DNA from: Bugula neritina
Taxonomy: Eukaryota > Animalia > Bryozoa
DNA length: 21,123 nucleotides
NCBI GenBank assembly: GCA_964035545.1
Contig: CAXIUT010000261.1
Location: forward strand, 1 to 21,123
Reading direction: 5' to 3'
Positions 1 to 10,757 of the stretch are shown piece by piece. Below the pieces are notes generated by a model, which worked only from the letters and a program-made list of their open reading frames with translations, made no database searches and was not told where the DNA came from. Numbering within the stretch: the stretch's first letter is position 1; each line of letters opens with the position of its first letter. The position numbers were made by a program, and so were the translations under genes.

Positions 1-80
1 CCCAACCCAACCCCAACCCCAACCCCAACCCCAACCCCAACCCCAACCCCAACCCCAACCCCAACCCCAACCCCAACCCC
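1..80 (+). repeat. Left telomere (CCCCAA)n
   Basis: 80 nt of C4A2 starting CCCAA, with one unit lacking a C, ending CCCC|T. Confidence 0.98.
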
Positions 81-633
81 TAATTAATTATCCATTTAAA
101 TTATCAAAATTTAAAATCATATTCAAAATGTTATAAACCCATTCTAAAGCAATATCAGGTTATTATTTGCATCTAAATCAAGATATAAGTGTTTACAGAT
201 CAATAACTCCCATATTTTTCAAATAATTATTTTTCCCGATGACCCACCACTTGTGACTTTCCCATCTTAAACCCAACACCATCATCTACCCATCAAAAGA
301 CTCAAGACAGTCTCCTGAATCATTACCTGTCATTATGATTTTCTACTTTTGGTAATATTCACTTTGATGAGGTTGATGATTTTTTCGATGAGATCTTAAA
401 ATATTTCAGTAATTGTTAGCAGAGAAAGAACCTTATTTATTGAATTCTATTTAAGCTGTCTTATATTATTTATAGCGTTTGAACTGAAAAACCCAAAACT
501 CTAACGTATTTCTTCTCTTATAAACTCCCATTCAAATCAGTGGATTAAAAAAATAACCAAGATCGAACATAAAACAGTTTATATTAATAGAAAAATTATT
601 ATTGATTTTTATCTTACTATACTTTTAACATCA

Positions 634-1175
634 ATGAACAAATTATTGGCTCTTCTCCTCCTTTTACCCTATCAATGGGTGGCATGTATATTAGCATCAA
701 AATAGTTTGGTAATGATAAATATATACAGAGTAAAATAAATAAATATTTAGGAACAAACGGTAATTAATAGATAACTTAGAAGTATTGGTTTGATTAAAA
801 TAAGAGTATTTGAAGAAAATATTTTTTAGGACAATCATCCGTAATTAATTAATTACAAAAGTGTACAATTATTTTAATATCAGCAGAAGACTCATCAGCC
901 TCATCAGCCTCATCAGAATCAGCAGCCTCATCAGAATCAGCAGCCTCATCAGAATCCCCATCTCCTGTATTTTTAATAAATAACTCGTAAAAAACTTTAA
1001 TAAATTTAGAGGTAAAAACAAATCGACTTTAGTGAGTGTATATCTTAATATACGAAGATCTCCTTTGAAAAAGTAGAGTAACTATCAGCCAATTCAGAGT
1101 AACAATACTATAATCTAGAATCCATTGATCCTCTCCCATAATTCTAACCCATCACAATTTTTAAACTATTTTTGA
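634..1175 (+). CDS. Putative secreted Ser-rich protein encoded by a micro-exon gene (splice form and 3' end uncertain)
   Basis: ATG634 gives signal-like MNKLLALLLLL. There are 13 GTA..AG units of 20-24 nt (686-883 and 987-1118) flanking a central exon SEDSSASSASSESAASSESAASSESPSP. Splicing the second cluster gives ...VSISFEKVENPLILSHNSNPSQFLNYF-TGA(1173-1175). Confidence 0.6.
686..883 (+). other. Tandem array of 8 tiny intron-like units with 1-11 nt exons
   Basis: Units at 686-705, 710-729, 731-751, 761-780, 783-804, 806-829, 841-861, 863-883. All start GTA and end AG. Spacers are 4,1,9,2,1,11,1 nt. Confidence 0.8.
892..954 (+). repeat. 9/18-bp coding tandem repeat (SSA/SSE/SAA)
   Basis: Seven consecutive 9-mers of tcatcagcc, tcatcagaa and tcagcagcc. 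Confidence 0.9.
987..1118 (+). other. Second cluster of 5 tiny intron-like units
   Basis: Units at 987-1009, 1012-1032, 1038-1057, 1078-1097, 1099-1118, all GTA..AG and 20-23 nt. Spacers are 2,5,20,1 nt. Confidence 0.7.
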
Positions 1176-1314
1176 TTATCTTTGAAATTATTATACTTTA
1201 TTTATATCATTAAAAATGATTAAAAACCTGTCATCAATAAGATAATCTCAAACAAAAAACAACTAACAAGTAAAAGACTTATAAACTCAATAATGAGATT
1301 TACTTTTGATTGAA

Positions 1315-1719
1315 TCATTTCTAGATCTGTAGATTTTACTCTCCCCACGGAGTATAATAGATCTTGTAAGAACCATGGAAACTGCAAGAACCTCCGCATC
1401 CGCAATGAATCAGATATTGCTATCTCTGATCCCCATAAACTTGAATTCCACAGTTAGAGACCAACTAGGGATTAACACCAACGATATTTCCCGGAACTCC
1501 TCCTCTCAAATCCACAGAACATCCAAAGGCCTTAGCCGCGCAATAAGTGCAAGCTGTAACATAGTATTGAGATCCTTCTTGTACAGCACCATCAATATGG
1601 CATTTCGGGTCACTCCAACCATTCCAGACAGGGCAATGATCAGAGACCCAATGACAGTCATCACAAAGACCAACGATCAAGAACAAAGACAAAATAGTCA
1701 AAGAAAGAAAGATTTTCAT
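1315..1719 (-). CDS. Small secreted cysteine-rich protein, 134 aa
   Basis: Signal-like MKIFLSLTILSLFLIVGLC followed by 10 further Cys. With TAR=Glu the frame stays open to TGA 1317-1315 (...HCGCGGSCSFHGSYKIYYTPWGEENLQIEK*). Confidence 0.85.
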
Positions 1720-1771
1720 GTTATCAGAAACTCTTATCAAAAATAATAATTCTCTAAGAAGATTTAGAATG

Positions 1772-1864
1772 TCAAAAAAAAGTATTTCAAAAAAAGTATT
1801 TCAAAAAAAGTATTTCAAAAAAAGTATTTCTTCAAAAGTATATCAAAAAAAGTATTTCTTCAAA
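1772..1864. repeat. 14-bp intergenic minisatellite (tcaaaaaaagtatt), about 6 copies
   Basis: Direct tandem copies, the later ones degenerate, about 50 nt upstream of the Cys-rich gene ATG. Confidence 0.9.
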
Positions 1865-1937
1865 ATATAAGTCCATTGAAAGTGATATTATAAACAATTT
1901 TTACTCGTAAAGAATATGAGTTATAAATAGGAAAATA

Positions 1938-3027
1938 TCACCTCATAAATACTTATATGACTTGAAATGAGTCAAATTACCAAAAGTATTCTGAGTCTGT
2001 TCATTCATCTTCTTATCACTTTGATGCAATTCAGACACTTTTGTATTAGTCGATCGACTTGCTTTAGTCTACTAAGGAATTATCTCAGTCTAACCCAACT
2101 ACTCTTGATAAGTTCTGTCAAAACCTCTGCCTATTACTTCAGAAGGAGGCGACTCAGATTAATTTTCATCATCAGATTATGCAAATCTACCTATCAACTG
2201 AGGTTTTGAAAAGATTTTATCGAATTATTTTTATTTTGAGTTGATATGTTGATGATTTTAACCTTTTAGATTAGTTAAACTTTTTATATCTTGCTTTTTG
2301 TTTAATATTCTATCAAAACCTTCTATTTTAACTTAATTTTTAGATCTTTAAAATTAATTTTTATGTATTCCTTCTTATTCGATCTTTATTTATTTTTTAT
2401 CAATCATTTTTTATTTCTTTTATATTATCTCCATTTCTGGCACTTTGACTTCTGGATAAAAGACACCTTGCTGTTGATACCCAACATTACTTTCCATTCG
2501 TTTTTTAAATTCCATCAACTGAGGTCTCAATTGACTAACTCCTTTATTGATTGGCATCTGATGTGGCACAAATGGTTAATTAAATGCTTGATTATTTTTT
2601 CCTTTATTTCTGAAATATTGATTTTATTATTTATCTAATAAATTCATAGTAGTTTCTGGTATTTTTATATTACTACTCCATTTGTTATTTTACATATGCG
2701 ATGATGGAGTAGCCTTATGATTCCAAACTATTCTATTGTTGTAAACCGTTTCATATGTCTTATGTTTTGTTTATTTCCTTTATACTAGAAGTTATTCTGA
2801 TGTAACATCTTTTGGCTGTTCTATTTGATGCATACTAGTTGGTCTCTTTTTAGTGATTTCTTAGAATTTTTAGTTTATATGTCGATCTTCATCTATACTT
2901 TTTATCCCTTTTTCGATAAAAAAGGAACTTCTGATGGCTATGTTGGAATATTTCTTTTAAGAAAATATTTTTACTTGTCATCTTGAAGCTAACCTGAACA
3001 TCCGAAGTCAAATGAAAATTTATCCAT
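1938..3027 (-). CDS. Hypothetical charged, low-complexity protein (~350 aa)
   Basis: ATG3027 MDKFSFDFG. A 20-nt intron at 2816-2835 joins it to a long TGA-free frame. A probable second 20-nt intron at 1961-1980 gives a stop at 1938 (1943 if unspliced). Confidence 0.7.
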
Positions 3028-3225
3028 AATGAATAATCAAATAAAATTATATCTCCATCAAAATATCAACCAAAAACATCAATTCTTATTATATTGATCT
3101 CATTTCTAACTACTTAAACTAAAATAATAAACTTTATCTTATTTACACTAATAATCAACAATATGCTTTTTTACCAGTAATCAATCTAATTATATGAACA
3201 CAATATTAATAATTATCATCATTAT

Positions 3226-4811
3226 TCATTCACTTTTATTTGGTTTGTTCATTAGTTATCCCTCATGCTCATTTTCTTGAGGATAGATTACCTATATTTT
3301 ACTCTATTATTCGATTCTTTAAAACTTTTCACTCAGTCTTGTACCTGATCTTGGCCTATCTTTGATCCCCTCTGACTATTAGTCATGAAGATCTACCATT
3401 TTAGCTTTCTTTTAACTACAGCATTTACCTACAATAACCAAAGCGAGTAAACAAATTAGTAAAATACCCAATATGATGGCAAAAAGATTAAATATTTAAT
3501 CTTTCTATTAAAATACTGCATCTATATATGTTGTTGGACCTCTGTTAATCATCACAGGCAGCTATTTCTTGCTACTCTTGCTTTATTAAGTACAAATAGC
3601 ATTTTTAAAGATTTATATATTCTTTTTTTATAAGTTAAACACAATATCTCGATCTACCATCCAATTCGCTCCTAATATATACCTATCATAACTCTATATT
3701 CCCAGACAAATCTCATCTCTATTCGAACTCTTCGCCAAAAGATACTTAGTAGGACTCCAAGATACAACCTCTCCTTTAATCTAGATATCTAATGAAGGAA
3801 ATATCTCTTGTATGAGATCGAAGATAGTCTCACCTTTATCAGTAGATATTTTGAAACACACTCCTTTGCCAGATTTAGATACTTGACATTTCTAACGATA
3901 CTGTGCACATGAATTTTTCAATATCCTCAGAGCTATTTTATAATTAGCTGATGGAAAATATGTAAAAGTAGATCCTGAATCAATAAATACTCCATAAATG
4001 CCCAAATAATCTCCCATTGATTTAATCAACTCTTTTCCCATTCTGAACTAACCCACATCATTTAGTGTATAAACGTTATGCTTATCACTGTATGAAGTAA
4101 CAATAGAGGTATTCTAGACATGAGTTGAAGGACTTGATCGACCGATAGCCAACTTCCCTCCGTTTTTAGATAAACACAAAGAAAAGAGAAACTGTTCTTT
4201 TGTTATTTTTGAATGTTTCTAATATAAATGATCTAGTAATTTGAAGTTTCTTGTAGGACTTAGGCCGAAAATTCCATTGGCAGCTTGAGTATAAAACAAG
4301 TTAGTTTCTCTTGTAGTGCAACCAAATATAGTCTTGATCGATTCTCCAACACTATCCTTCTCGAATTGTATACTATCTTCAATAATAATGCCTGATAATG
4401 AACTTCCTTCAGCATAAGATATCGAAAAAGAACAAGGATCCTCTCCTTTTTTGTTTTTACAAGTATTTTTACACAACTAATGTTTAGAATTCTTGATATT
4501 AATACTTATACGCAGGTGATAAAGTGACTGGATTTGCTATCTCCCAGCCGAAATGGCTGCTGAATATGCTTTTTACCACAGTAGGTGCATTTGCTGCAGG
4601 GAAGAGCGAGGAGACCACTGCCAGTGTCCATGATGACTGATTGTTATTGGGGAGGAGAGCCGATGTATATGTTAGCGTAGTAGTAGCCGAGAGTGGCGTT
4701 TCCGTAGAGAGTGATTGTGTGAGCTGGAAGGGAAGGAGGAGGAATAGGAGAGGTGATATCGTAGACTGAAGTACTTGAGGCTAGGAACAGGATGAAAAGA
4801 AATATGATCAT
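3226..4811 (-). CDS. Membrane-anchored A1 aspartic protease, plasmepsin V/ASP5-like
   Basis: Signal peptide; YYYANIYIGSPPQ..VIMDTGS; Cys insert CSKCTYCGKKH; YAEGSSLSG; FGCTTRETNLFYTQAANGIFGL; second catalytic motif DSGSTFTY; ILGANW; C-terminal TM helix. One 20-nt intron at 4492-4511; TGA 3228-3226. Confidence 0.93.
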
Positions 4812-5098
4812 TTGATGATTGATTATATTTAAATCAAGAATTATATGATTCACAAGTGGAAGTTAACAAATAGATTTAATTAATTTTAAGATATTAGACT
4901 TTGATTTCATAGTAATTTAACAAAAAAAATAAAATATTAGAAATATATATTTTTTAATTATTTATTATTTACTTTATATGATTTACCCCTCATCGCTTGT
5001 CTAAAGAATTATTTGCTTATTTATAAAATTGTGTTTCTTATAAATTGCATCATAGCCTCGAATTCACCTTACTAGTATACTGATCTTTAAGGTTTTTA

Positions 5099-5179
5099 CC
5101 CAACCCCAACCCCAACCCCAACCCCAACCCCAACCCCAACCCCAACCCCAACCCCAACCCCAACCCCAACCCCAACCCC
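5099..5179 (+). repeat. Internal telomeric tract (CCCCAA)n, 81 nt
   Basis: Perfect CCC(AACCCC)13 in left-end orientation. Confidence 0.98.
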
Positions 5180-5352
5180 TTATTATGGATATAATTTTTA
5201 TATATATTTGATAACTTTTTCAAGATGATTTTTTATACTATCTAATAACTATCTTTCATTTTACAACAAATATGATAAAAATTCAAAATACATCGAATAA
5301 AATAAATAATACTTTGATGATATAACATAAGATGATTAAAAATAGTGCTTAA

Positions 5353-6530
5353 TCATTATGCCTGAACTTCTATCTATTTCTACTAACAAACTTCAACATC
5401 AACCATCTACCCCTACTCCACATATTACTCTTCTTCCAACTGCTTCGATATAGTCGACTCAATCATATCAATCTAAATCTCCCTTTATTTTTAAACATCC
5501 TTCTTCTAAGGTTACATTTCCACCTTCACTTATTATTTCGGTTTTAGCTCATTCATTTCTTTCTACGAATGTATTTCTTTATGATCTTAGATTATTTCCT
5601 GGTTTTATATTGATATCGCTTGCTATGAACCCCTATTCGATGTATTATTCGATTCAGTAGTGTCTAACTACTTCTACTCATTCAAGGTATCTACTGCTGG
5701 AGGTTTAATATACTTATAATACACTATTTGCAGTATGAGGGAGATATCTGCCATCTATTGGATCGCATTTACCAGAATGAATTGCAATGGTTGACCCTAT
5801 ATATCATCATATTTGTACAAATATTATAACAAAAATAAGTTAGTTGAGATCTTGAAGAGCATTGAGGAAAGCAAAAGTATGAGAGACTCCTTTGACTCGA
5901 CTTTGCCTCAAATTTTACAACAACTGAGGCACAAGCAGTGAAATCTGAGATAAATACAAAAATACATCAACCAGCATAGCACAATAACCCATAAGCTATC
6001 CAAGCAGTGTGAGTTAGTAGTTAGCAATGATCTATCCTAGTAAGATAACAGAACTAACAAAAATAATGATACAAATTACTAGAATAATAAAGATAATACC
6101 ATATTTATTCATAGAAGACCAATACCAGAAATGTTACTATTGAGCCATGATTTATTATCCATTCTATTCTCTTCTATCTCCCTTTTACTACCCCTTCTTC
6201 AAAAAATATCCCTCTTTGTTCATAACGCCAACACACAACTTCAAAAGACAAATCTGCATCTATTCTTATCTACTTGCAAACATATCATCAGAGCTGCCTG
6301 GATAAGCAAGGCCTTTGAAAAGTTTTTAAAGATAAAAAAACCAATTTTAAGAGTATTGCTCATCAACAAAGTCGCACATACTTTGATAGAAAATGAACCA
6401 ACCGATTGCCGTCTCCTAATCAAAAAGTACTGCACGACAAAACCTATCAACGGACACACCACAATGCCTACCTCATAGAGTATGTACCTAAATTATAAAG
6501 ACCAAAGAGAAGATCAGCAATGACAGTCAT
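5353..6530 (-). CDS. PQ-loop repeat membrane protein (SLC66A2/PQLC1-like), paralog A
   Basis: Motifs QSVGSFSIKVC..LLMSNTLKIGF, LLIQAALMI, HFWYW, LLVPQLLENLRQSRVKGVS, GQPLQF; long acidic tail. Introns at 6468-6487, 6254-6273, 6079-6099, 5945-5965, 5797-5818. Confidence 0.88.
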
Positions 6531-6582
6531 ATTGTTTTGATTATAATTAGACAGACATTTAAAAGTTCAATTTGATATAATA

Positions 6583-7540
6583 ATGCTTCCACCAGCAGTC
6601 AGTCTCATCTGGGATATCGGTATAAATTGAGATAACTAAGGTATTGCAGTTGGACCTGTTATTGGCTATATCTATCAGTACTATCTGCTTAGACAAAAAA
6701 AAACTATCGGCACCTTCTCCATCAACCTCTGTGGATTTCTACTTTTTTGCAATATCCTCAGACTAGGATTCTACTTCTTCCAAAAATACTAAACCGCTTT
6801 AGTCGTTCAGTCCATCTTAATGATCATCGTTCAAGTATGATTAGTGAGATTGTAGATATTTTTGTTGCAACTTTGTGTGAAAGTTATGAACCTTGAAGGC
6901 ATTTTTCAAAGAGAATACTAACAGAGAGAAGATAACTCTTTTACTAAAACATTTTGGCGATGGAAAAATTTCTATAAATATCGTAATATTCAATTAAATC
7001 AGTTTTCGTTGTAGTTGCTTTTGGTTTCATCGTGCTACTGACGTCAGTATACCTCAGTCGAAAAGGATTCACTACTATCGGATAAATCATCGGCTACATC
7101 TCTCTCATATCTGAGGTATAAATACTATTAAACAAAGAGTTTGATAATGTTACCACAAGTAGTATAGAACTATCGACAAGGCCGAGTGAAAGGTCTAAGT
7201 CACTTTCTTGTAATAATGAACAACATCGGTGATCTTTTGAAACTGGCCTACTTCTTTATAAAGGTACTAATCTTGGATAGTATAGATGCAACCACTCCAA
7301 TTCAAAGTGTGCGGATTTATCCAGGTACTACTCGACATCACTGTTATTGTTCAAATTATATACTATTCATATAAGAACAAAGACGAGAAAGAAATCGATG
7401 CCTAATCTGATAAAAATTAAGTGAAATGCAGTAGCGAAGGGAAGGAATCTTAACCTTAGACTGACTAGAAAATGGATTAAAAATAAATTGGCAAACAACC
7501 TCTTGATTATAATGAGCTATAAGAAGATATCGCCTCATGA
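6583..7540 (+). CDS. PQ-loop repeat membrane protein (SLC66A2/PQLC1-like), paralog B
   Basis: Motifs TIGTFSINLCGFLLFCNILRLGFY, YETALVVQSILMI, FWRW, MLPQVVENYRQGRVKGLS, IGDLLKLAYF, QPLQFKVCGFIQVLLD. Introns at 6620-6640, 6835-6855, 6983-7002, 7116-7137, 7264-7285. Confidence 0.92.
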
Positions 7541-7635
7541 TGCTTGATGTTATTATACTAACTTGTTTAAGAATAAAATATTATACTAAGATATCTATTG
7601 TAGTATATTTATGAAGCAATTAAAATTTATTGTAA

Positions 7636-10472
7636 TCATTATTATTTATTTTTACGTCTACTCATCAGATCTTTCATAACATCTTCTGCCAATTTTTAAG
7701 ATTTACTAACTTGCTAAGCCAAAACCTCTTAAAACTAAACCCTCTGTTTCTCCAACAACTAATTCTGTGATTTGATAACCCTCTACATATAAAACAACTT
7801 CTGCTACATCGACTGAGGACATTTCCCCACCCCCTTTTTCTTAAGATCACCCAAAAAGGATTCATAATTCATCACCTGCTACATATTCAACTTCTATTCC
7901 CTCTCAAGACAACTTAAAACCTGCTTGTATTTAGCATACAATTCCTTCATATCTTCGTCTTAGTTATAATGACTCTATTTTATCTACTTGACCTTCTATA
8001 TCATCGCCATGAAAAATTTTTAATCGATAGTAGTTGATTCTTTAGTCTCCTTTACATTCTATGTGTCAGTTTGTTTTTTAGAATGAGGCAACTACTGCTG
8101 CAACAGTGATATCAGTGGAGTATACAAATCTTACACCATAAATTACTTCTATTATTTTACAGGATAATCTCCCTTTTACTACTAATCCATCTTATCTATC
8201 TTCTATTTGTGCTAATCCTCTTTTGATTTTTTCGATGATTTTTATAAAATCTATAGTGCTAGTGTTTGCAAGTCATCAGCAAATGATTTGGATCTTTATG
8301 TATCAGCTTTGTTTTTGATATAATTGTATTATTTATGACTAGTAATAGGTTTTACATTTTGATTGATATTCAAACTAAATTTCTTTTTAACTCCAGCCTC
8401 TTTCTTATCAAAATAAGAATCAACACTCAACTCATATCGATTATCTTTCTTCAAATTCATATTCACCCTTATCAACTCGATCAAATTCTACAAACGCTAA
8501 ATCAACTACTCAGGCATCAACTTGTTCAAACAACTATTAAATAAAGTCTACAATGATAATTTGATAATATTATCATTGCTATTGGTTATCTGATGAATCT
8601 CTCTCGTATTCTCCTTCAAACTCTAGTATATCTATGATAACGCCAACACCTACAACCTCTGAAGCTCTTCTCTCACATTCAAATTTTATAACTAGTATGT
8701 TAGGTTTTTCTATCGCTAGATGTTCTTTTAAATTTACTATCTTACTCTTAACTGCTATTCTTGTATCTTTTGCTTTTGATTCAGAAGTCTCTAATTTTAT
8801 TATTAGAGATCATGTTTTTATTGTTATAGATGATTTTTTTATTATTTTATTTTTGTGTTTTCAGATTTTAGTTGCTATTGCTGCTATTGTAGATATATAT
8901 TTTATTTTTAGTAATGAAGGCATTTCTATTGTATCTGCTATTTTTATTTTTAAAGAGTATTGTATTTCTTTATCTTATATTCACTTTATTTCTCAAGAGC
9001 TATATATCTTTATTATATTATTCTCTTTTATTACTATATCATCTTCTTCTACTACGAAAGAACTATATTTTCCTACTTCATTGCCTACTTCTCCTGCAAT
9101 AAAGTCTACCTCTCTTTTTATATCAATTTCTTTTACTCCACTAAATTCTGATATTAAATCTATACTTTTTTAAGCTAGCTTTTCATCTAGCCAACTCTCA
9201 CCTCGATATTATCCCTCTCCTCTTTCAATGACCGATTCTGATCATTAATATCAACGTACTTCTTCTAGCTAACTCCAAAATAATAACCCATCAACTTCTC
9301 AGGATCATCAGTCTATATATCCCCCAAACCCTTATTACTAAATTCCTTTTTAATAAAAAATACCAACTTATCAATCACCCTCCCCGACTCCTTTATCACT
9401 TCCTACATCTTTGTTATTAATAAATTTTTTGATTACTACTGCTCTTGGAAAAATAACTTTTTAACAAAAAGACGATAAGCAGAATCGATCTTGCTCTCTT
9501 TATGAAGAGAGGGTACATGAACTATATCACTATTCAATTCCAAACAAAAAGGGTCTTACTTTATCTGATGCATTTTATTTGCTGACAGTAAAGGTTTACA
9601 TAGATTTTACTCTTATATTTAATTTTCTAGACCAACTTTTCTACTATTTTTATTAAACAACTCATTCATAAAAACAATCTCCTTCTCATCAGCACAAAAC
9701 TCCCCGAACTCTCCCTCCAATTTCTCTATTTTATTTCCTACCATATTCTAAAAAGACCCAACAAAACCCTCCAAAATCTAACTCCTGTCCCCCCCATTCA
9801 TCCGAATGATCTCCTCAACTATCTCCTCATAAACCTTCTCCTCTTCTAAACAATCTTCAATAGTTATCTCTTTTTAAATCATCAACCTACCTATATTATG
9901 CTCTATCTCTTTCCTACTATTAAATAAACCTATACAACTAGAAAGCGATATCTCTGATAACTTACTATCATACTCCTTCACTTTTTATATAATATTCGAT
10001 ATGTATTTCTACTATTACTTATTTTGACGATAACCATCCACCCCCTTCACCGCCCTAAACCTCTCCTCTCTCTCCTCAACCAACTTACCAATCATTTTAT
10101 CATAATCTAATTTTCTCTAGGTCAAAAAATGACTAATCAACCTCAAACACTTCTCCTCTAACACCCTAAACTTCTAATCATCTTTCTTAATGGCCTATTT
10201 GACGTATAACTTCATCTGCTAGCATTTATCTTTGAAACACCCCTTAGGATTATTTCTAACTATCGCCTGTATACGACCAAATTACTACATCTTCATCTCC
10301 TTCTTAACTGATAAGTAATTATTGATGTATTTTATATTTATCTACTACAATTTGTACAACCTCCTCAGGATACTACCCTCATGCATGCTAAATTGTTAGA
10401 TCATCTTTAGTGTTGACTCACGCTATAGGACTAGTTGGCTTGATAATTTTTATATCTAGGTGCTTTGATCTG
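7636..10472 (-). CDS. Long coiled-coil protein, 5'-truncated (at least 944 aa)
   Basis: One TGA-free, E/K-rich frame runs from the telomere junction at 10472 to TGA 7638-7636, with no AT-rich upstream region. Confidence 0.85.
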
Positions 10473-10559
10473 CCCAACCCCAACCCCAACCCCAACCCCA
10501 ACCCCAACCCCAACCCCAACCCCAACCCCAACCCCAACCCCAACCCCAACCCCAACCCC
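10473..10559 (+). repeat. Internal telomeric tract (CCCCAA)n, 87 nt
   Basis: Perfect CCC(AACCCC)14 in left-end orientation, abutting an open reading frame. Confidence 0.98.
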
Positions 10560-10757
10560 TTTTTATATTATTTAGGTTATTTATTTATATAAAACAAAAA
10601 ATTAATATTTGTTCTTTTGGTTTTATTATTATAGTAAATATTCTACTATATTCTACTATATTGTTATTTATATTTGTTTTTAGATTATATCCGTTCTTAT
10701 TCTACAAATTTATTCCTACCTCTATTTTTATATTAAAATAGAAGAACAACAATTTCG

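Noticed and set aside
120-600. Possible gene (FQIIIFPDDPPLVTF recalls a UBC/RWD motif; DEVDDFFDEILKYF in another frame)
   Set aside because: No consistent start, splice and stop model on either strand; left unresolved.
880-965. Minus-strand acidic repeat GDSDEAADSDEAA
   Set aside because: Antisense of the Ser-rich exon; the ATG, signal peptide and all intron-like units are on the + strand.
686-1118. CRISPR-like or tandem-repeat periodicity
   Set aside because: The units share only GTA/AG ends and length, not sequence, and there are no cas genes.
81-1296. TGA read as Trp (all three stops reassigned), suggested by protein-like frames through TGAs at 811, 1033, 1066, 1126 and 1183 and in 120-570
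   Set aside because: No in-frame TGA occurs in thousands of codons of the conserved genes, where Trp is always TGG. TGA811 lies inside an intron-like unit and the others are avoided by splicing.
4860-5098. Gene fragment next to the first internal telomere
   Set aside because: Open frames exist on both strands but none is identifiable, so truncation cannot be shown at this junction.
8335-9173. Hydrophobic + strand ORFs in the supplied track (also 1375-1746, 1967-2209, 2363-2638, 6131-6478, 19049-19531)
   Set aside because: Antisense shadows of minus-strand genes that are continuous under TAR=Glu.
10410-10592. ORF with a (PN)n repeat
   Set aside because: Translation of the internal telomeric tract.
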